Source: Squalus acanthias
Lineage: Eukaryota
Assembly: GCA_030390025.1 (NCBI GenBank)
Contig: CM059438.1
Location: 66,032,001-66,096,000, forward strand
Reading direction: 5' to 3'
DNA length: 64,000 nucleotides
Made by a program: the position numbers and the translations under genes. Under the pieces are notes generated by a model. That model made no database searches, was not told the DNA's origin, and saw nothing but the letters and a program-made list of their open reading frames with translations. Positions 62,530-64,000 of this stretch are shown piece after piece (within the stretch, counting starts at the first letter, position 1; the number at the start of each line of letters is the position of its first letter).

Positions 62530-62765
62530 CGAGGAAGGCTCCTCAGGGCTGTTGGCTCCCTTGGGTGAATTTTGTATGGGCTGTGGGACCCTCAGGTGAG
62601 GTTCTTCTGGGCTTTGGGCTCCCTTGAGTGAGATTCATCAGGGCCTTGGCCTTCGTCGAGTGAGGTGCCTTCAGGACCTGACCTCCTTTGGTTGAGACCT
62701 TTCTGGCCTTTGGCCCTCCTGCGGTAAAGTTCCTCTGGGCTTTGTCCCCTCACCGGTGAGATTTT
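62530..62765 (+). repeat. Degenerate ~32-bp tandem repeat, about 7 units
   Basis: Recurring gtgag.ttc.tc.gggc.ttgg..c.c pattern. Confidence 0.65.
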
Positions 62766-63074
62766 AGAGCACAAACTTAGAGTAGCAACAAATAGTTTGA
62801 AAGATAAAACTATTGACAAAATGTAAAAACTGAATGATTTCCAACGCATGCTTTTTAGCTGTGACTGCTTCTGTTTTTGCAACCGTCACCTAGTTGCTTA
62901 CCCATCTCATGGCCATTGGACTAGCCTGTCAGGAGTTTCTCCTCTGTTAAGACTATTGTGCCACCTTTCCAGCCATTGTCCATCCGTTCATCACATTTAA
63001 TCCTACTGCTTGTATCTCTTGCAGCCTGACTGCCCAACTGCTGAAATCACTGTCTGCATGTCCAAAGAAAATCT

Positions 63075-63517
63075 TGCAAAGACTTATATTTATATAGTGC
63101 CTTTCATGAACACCAGAAACTACCAAAATACACTTTATAGCCAATTAATACTTTATTGAAGAGCAGTCACAGCTGTAACATAGGAAACGTGGCTGCCAAT
63201 TTGCCACAAACAGCAGTGCGGTAACGATCAGAGAATCTGTTTTAGTGGTGTTGGTTGAGGGATAAATATTGGCCAGGACACCGGGAGAACTCCCCTGCGC
63301 TTTTTAAAAATATTACCATGGGATCTTTTACGTCCATCTGAGAGGGCCTTGGTTAAACATCTTATCCGAAAGACGGTACCTCCGACAGTGCAGCACTCCC
63401 TCGGTACTGCACTGGAGTGTCAGCCTAGATTGTGTGCTCAGGTCTCTGGAGTGGAGCTTGTAACCACAACCTTCTGACTCAGCGGTGAGCGTGCTACAAC
63501 TGAGCCACGACTGACAC
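63075..63517 (-). mobile_element. Full-length Deu-domain SINE
   Basis: Head gtgtcagtcgtggctcagttg; core and tail match 11155-11542. Confidence 0.8.
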
Positions 63518-64000
63518 TGTGTCCAGTTTGCTTCCATTTTGTCTGCAATGCTAGTCCACACCTGTGCAGCTCACTTCTCCAGTCTGTTGTCAGCTACTCC
63601 CTTTAGCCATTTGACCAATCTGCAACTCAGCTGCTGCCTGGGTGTTCACCTTGTTAATCATCAGTCTCCCCCAACTTACACTTCTCCCACTGCTAACCTT
63701 TTCTGTCCATATACTTCAACATCCATCTGTTGCGCTTAAAGATTTAATTATAGGGATGAGATGTAAGAATCTCATTATTTCTGTTATTTCCACTCTAATA
63801 ACAGCAACTTGCATTTATGTAACACATGAAATATAGAAAAAAAACATCCACTCTATCATTCTGCAGTTTGCATTTGATGCAAGAACGAGCAGCATCATTT
63901 ATGTGCGCACTGAATAGTGCTGCATGTGGATTATTACACATATTATCAAAGCAATCCTGTACTAAATAAACACTTCAAACAAGTAAAGCGTTTGTGTACT

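Overview
Repeat-dominated vertebrate genomic DNA with no host protein-coding exon that I can recognise. The repeat repertoire (CR1 LINEs, Deu-domain SINEs, PIF/Harbinger elements and MITEs, a Penelope-type remnant, a Tx1 LINE) suggests a cartilaginous fish (shark); this is inference, not a database result. The main features are: (1) a young, CpG-rich ~7.1 kb L1-Tx1 retrotransposon on the minus strand (40060-47132). It is inserted at the hammerhead-ribozyme-like motif of a Penelope-type inverted-repeat remnant, with a 52-bp target duplication and a 16-bp inverted target copy. Its RT lacks the GxRQGCPLS motif. (2) A decayed two-gene Harbinger transposon (53940-59131; DDE transposase plus spliced Myb/SANT gene) and an internally deleted relative (12764-14489). 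(3) A CR1/L2-group LINE whose 5' end is a tRNA-like Pol III head. (4) Several Harbinger-type MITEs, two of which share a multi-hairpin architecture. (5) Two copies of a short solo LTR carrying a CTCF-like motif. Boundaries of old repeats are approximate, and family names come from motif recognition by eye.
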